A stretch of DNA of 37,664 nt from a virus (Duplodnaviria > Caudoviricetes): positions 1 through 37,664 of IMG/VR virus record IMGVR_UViG_3300020469_003155; one strand, given 5' to 3'. The position numbers were made by a program, and so were the translations under genes. Below are positions 35,620-37,664 of this stretch, in pieces (positions within the stretch are counted from its first letter, which is position 1; each line of letters opens with the position of its first letter). Under the pieces are notes generated by a model. The model was not told the DNA's origin and did no database searches. It saw only the letters and a list, made by a program, of their open reading frames with translations.

Positions 35620-36694
35620 AAAAGAAGATCAAATAAATGGGTCAATTTGGGTAGATCCTGAAGTTCCAAATTTTAAAGATAGACCAAATGCTATACATAG
35701 AGATAACCCAAATCCTACATATAGAAAACCCCATTGGTATGAATTAAAATTTGATTATGAAACAGAAAAAGGCCCGCCTTGGGATAAAAATTATATGCCT
35801 GAAGTAGATGTTATGGTAGATAGTTGGGTTAATAACTGGTGGAGACAATGGGAAATTGATCGACATACAATGAATGATTTAGACTTTGCTGAGAAATATC
35901 CCGAAGAGTGTGAAGAATGGATCCCAGATGAAAGAATAAATGAGTATAAAAATCATTTTATATATCTATTAGAACAAGATATTGTTTATACCGATATTGG
36001 AGGAATTGAACCAAATAGTAAAGAAGATGATCATATTGATATGATAGGCAGTGATTTGAGGATTAATCAGCCTGAACAAACTGTAAAAGGTCAAGTTATT
36101 ACTTTGAGATCTGATTTGACCCCAACTGGAGATAATATTCCAAAAAATAATATATATAACAATGATCCATGGATGTTTGCTTTTGACAATGATAGACAAG
36201 AATGGAGACATTTTAACATAAGGAGAATACATCACATGTGGAATATAAATTTTAGAAAATGGTATGCCGATCAACATTGGATAATGGATAAACTTAAAAG
36301 GTTTGATTGTATTTTAGACTATAAAGTTGATCAAGAAATTCCTAATAGACCAAACGAATACGAAGATCCTAATTTAATTAGAGGGGTAAATGTTACTTTA
36401 ATGCCAGAAAAGATACCACATGAGCCTAAACTCACACTAGCACCACATGAACCTCAAGAAGCAAGATATGACCCAGAATGTAGTGTAGTATTATGGAATA
36501 TTGATAAACAAGAGTGGTTAACAATTAAATTAGCACAAATCTATAATATGGAAATACTAGAAGACAAAACACCTCCGCCACCTGAGGAATCAGATGATTT
36601 TGATCCTACAACTGTTGACGGCAATCCAAATAGTGAGAAAAAACCTGAGTTCAAAGATAAAGTTAAATCTCAGGAAACAGACACTCCTCAATGA
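35606..36694 (+). CDS. Acidic protein with two WYL_2/Sm-like domains (tentative)
   Basis: Two copies of .TL...(T/I)P...(F/W)(D/N)...QEW..: ITLRSDLTP...AFDNDRQEWRHFNIRRI and VTLMPEKIP...LWNIDKQEWLTIKLAQI. ORF is solid; domain call is uncertain. Confidence 0.55.
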   Translation: MSKYKKEDQINGSIWVDPEVPNFKDRPNAIHRDNPNPTYRKPHWYELKFDYETEKGPPWDKNYMPEVDVMVDSWVNNWWRQWEIDRHTMNDLDFAEKYPEECEEWIPDERINEYKNHFIYLLEQDIVYTDIGGIEPNSKEDDHIDMIGSDLRINQPEQTVKGQVITLRSDLTPTGDNIPKNNIYNNDPWMFAFDNDRQEWRHFNIRRIHHMWNINFRKWYADQHWIMDKLKRFDCILDYKVDQEIPNRPNEYEDPNLIRGVNVTLMPEKIPHEPKLTLAPHEPQEARYDPECSVVLWNIDKQEWLTIKLAQIYNMEILEDKTPPPPEESDDFDPTTVDGNPNSEKKPEFKDKVKSQETDTPQ

Positions 36695-37331
36695 AATGTC
36701 TAATATCGACAGGATCTAGTCCTAGTGCTTCCATAGCTTTGGGTGTATGTGGATTTTGTTTTTGATAATGACAGTATCTATTTTGCTGATCTTTTATTAA
36801 ACTTTGGTTATATTGAGCTTTTGTATATTTAGGTAGCTCTTCAAAGTACATGTCTAAGTTATCTAATGCCATAGTAACAACCTGATCCATTTCGTCTGCT
36901 TTTACATTACTTGCGGCAACCATATGTTTACTGAATATTGCTTGAGCCCACGAAGGTAGTTCACGTTGTTTTTTCCATTCTAAATCTTGTACACAATCTC
37001 TAAACAACAAACACATAGGATGATGCCAATCTACTGTAGGAGAATAGTCATGGAAAGCACCAGTAACTTTGTTTTTTCCTGCAATAATATCAAACCCATA
37101 TATAGGTGAATCATTGTCGAAGTTTGGAAACACACATATATGAGTCATATACAAACCCTTTGAGTCTCTAGCATCTACACTATCTATATGTGCTCGTCTA
37201 AAATGTTCACCTTTGTATACTTTATTAAGCCAATCAAACTCTGGATCATCAAAATTTTCTTTGCCTAAACTAGCACATTTTGCAATAATCTTTTGTTCGC
37301 AATCGATAAGTTTATCCCATATTTCGCTCAT
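36663..37331 (-). CDS. pcyX: Ferredoxin-dependent bilin reductase, PcyX type
   Basis: FRRAHID, YMTHICVFP, PIYGFDIIAG..KVTGAFHDYSP, RELPSWA.AIFS, QNRYC..QKQNPHT. His64/Asp81 pair present, with Asp50 where cyanobacterial PcyA has Glu76. Confidence 0.88.
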   Translation of the reverse strand: MSEIWDKLIDCEQKIIAKCASLGKENFDDPEFDWLNKVYKGEHFRRAHIDSVDARDSKGLYMTHICVFPNFDNDSPIYGFDIIAGKNKVTGAFHDYSPTVDWHHPMCLLFRDCVQDLEWKKQRELPSWAQAIFSKHMVAASNVKADEMDQVVTMALDNLDMYFEELPKYTKAQYNQSLIKDQQNRYCHYQKQNPHTPKAMEALGLDPVDIRHFIEECLFPEI

Positions 37332-37664
37332 AATACTTCCTCTAATTTTTCTGCAAGATCACTAATCATTGCGTTACTGTGCATTGGTGTTGGTGCAAAT
37401 CTCAAACGTTCTGTGCCTTCTGGCACTGTTGGATAGTTAATTGGCTGTACATAAATGTTGTGATCATTCAGTAATGTGTCACTGGCTTGTTTACAACGCA
37501 CAGGATCTCCTATTACAACAGGAACGATATGTGTATTATTTTCTATTATGTTTATATCTTTATGTTTAAGTATTTTCTTTAGTCTTGTTGCACGATTCTG
37601 ATGTTGTTCACGCAACTCTACTCCATGCTCACTACGCAAATATTTTATACTACTCAATGCACCT
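37328..37664 (-). CDS. hemA: 5-aminolevulinate synthase, C-terminal part (5' end outside window)
   Basis: GALSSIKYLRS...THIVPVVIGDPVRCKQASDTLL..HNIYVQPINYPTVPEGTERLRFAPTPMH closely follows the alphaproteobacterial ALAS C-terminus. Frame is open to the window edge. Confidence 0.85.
   Translation of the reverse strand, partial: GALSSIKYLRSEHGVELREQHQNRATRLKKILKHKDINIIENNTHIVPVVIGDPVRCKQASDTLLNDHNIYVQPINYPTVPEGTERLRFAPTPMHSNAMISDLAEKLEEVL

Noticed and set aside
833-36277. Numerous short antisense or out-of-frame ORFs in the track (e.g. 4653..5105, 9971..10273, 24897..25277, 31188..31586)
   Set aside because: They are shadows of Gly/Thr/Ser-rich sense genes, lie almost wholly within better-supported CDSs, and show no recognisable motifs.
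36663-37331. Cyanophage pcyA/pebS and a cyanobacterial host
   Set aside because: Asp replaces the PcyA catalytic Glu, the adjacent ALAS is a C4-pathway enzyme absent from cyanobacteria, and no photosynthesis genes are in the window.

Overview
A segment of a large, AT-rich T4-like (myovirus-type) phage genome, most likely marine and infecting an alphaproteobacterium (inferred from the Shemin-pathway ALA synthase and PcyX-type bilin reductase). It opens with the C-terminus of major capsid protein gp23 and its terminator. A long + strand late region follows, marked by repeated TAAATA promoters. It encodes a subtilisin-like protease with an inserted blue-copper-like domain and about a dozen modular fiber/virion proteins with small partners. 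An 11-gene enzyme island (3 radical SAM including SPASM/twitch and B12-binding types, 4 Fe/2OG-type oxygenases, 2 GNAT-like proteins, a methyltransferase, a desaturase) is wedged between fiber genes. After it come a 1585-aa virion protein, a 33-Cys glycine-rich tip-like protein, and a sigma70-driven GT9 glycosyltransferase/carbamoyltransferase/WYL-like operon. A split tetrapyrrole module is present: heme oxygenase with its own leaderless sigma70 promoter, and, on the - strand, ALA synthase translationally coupled to pcyX. Best candidates for new biology are (i) a phage-encoded tailoring cluster that may chemically decorate the virion fibers and (ii) a phage ALA-to-heme-to-bilin/iron module that could supply it. 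All family calls come from motif recognition by eye; no searches were run.
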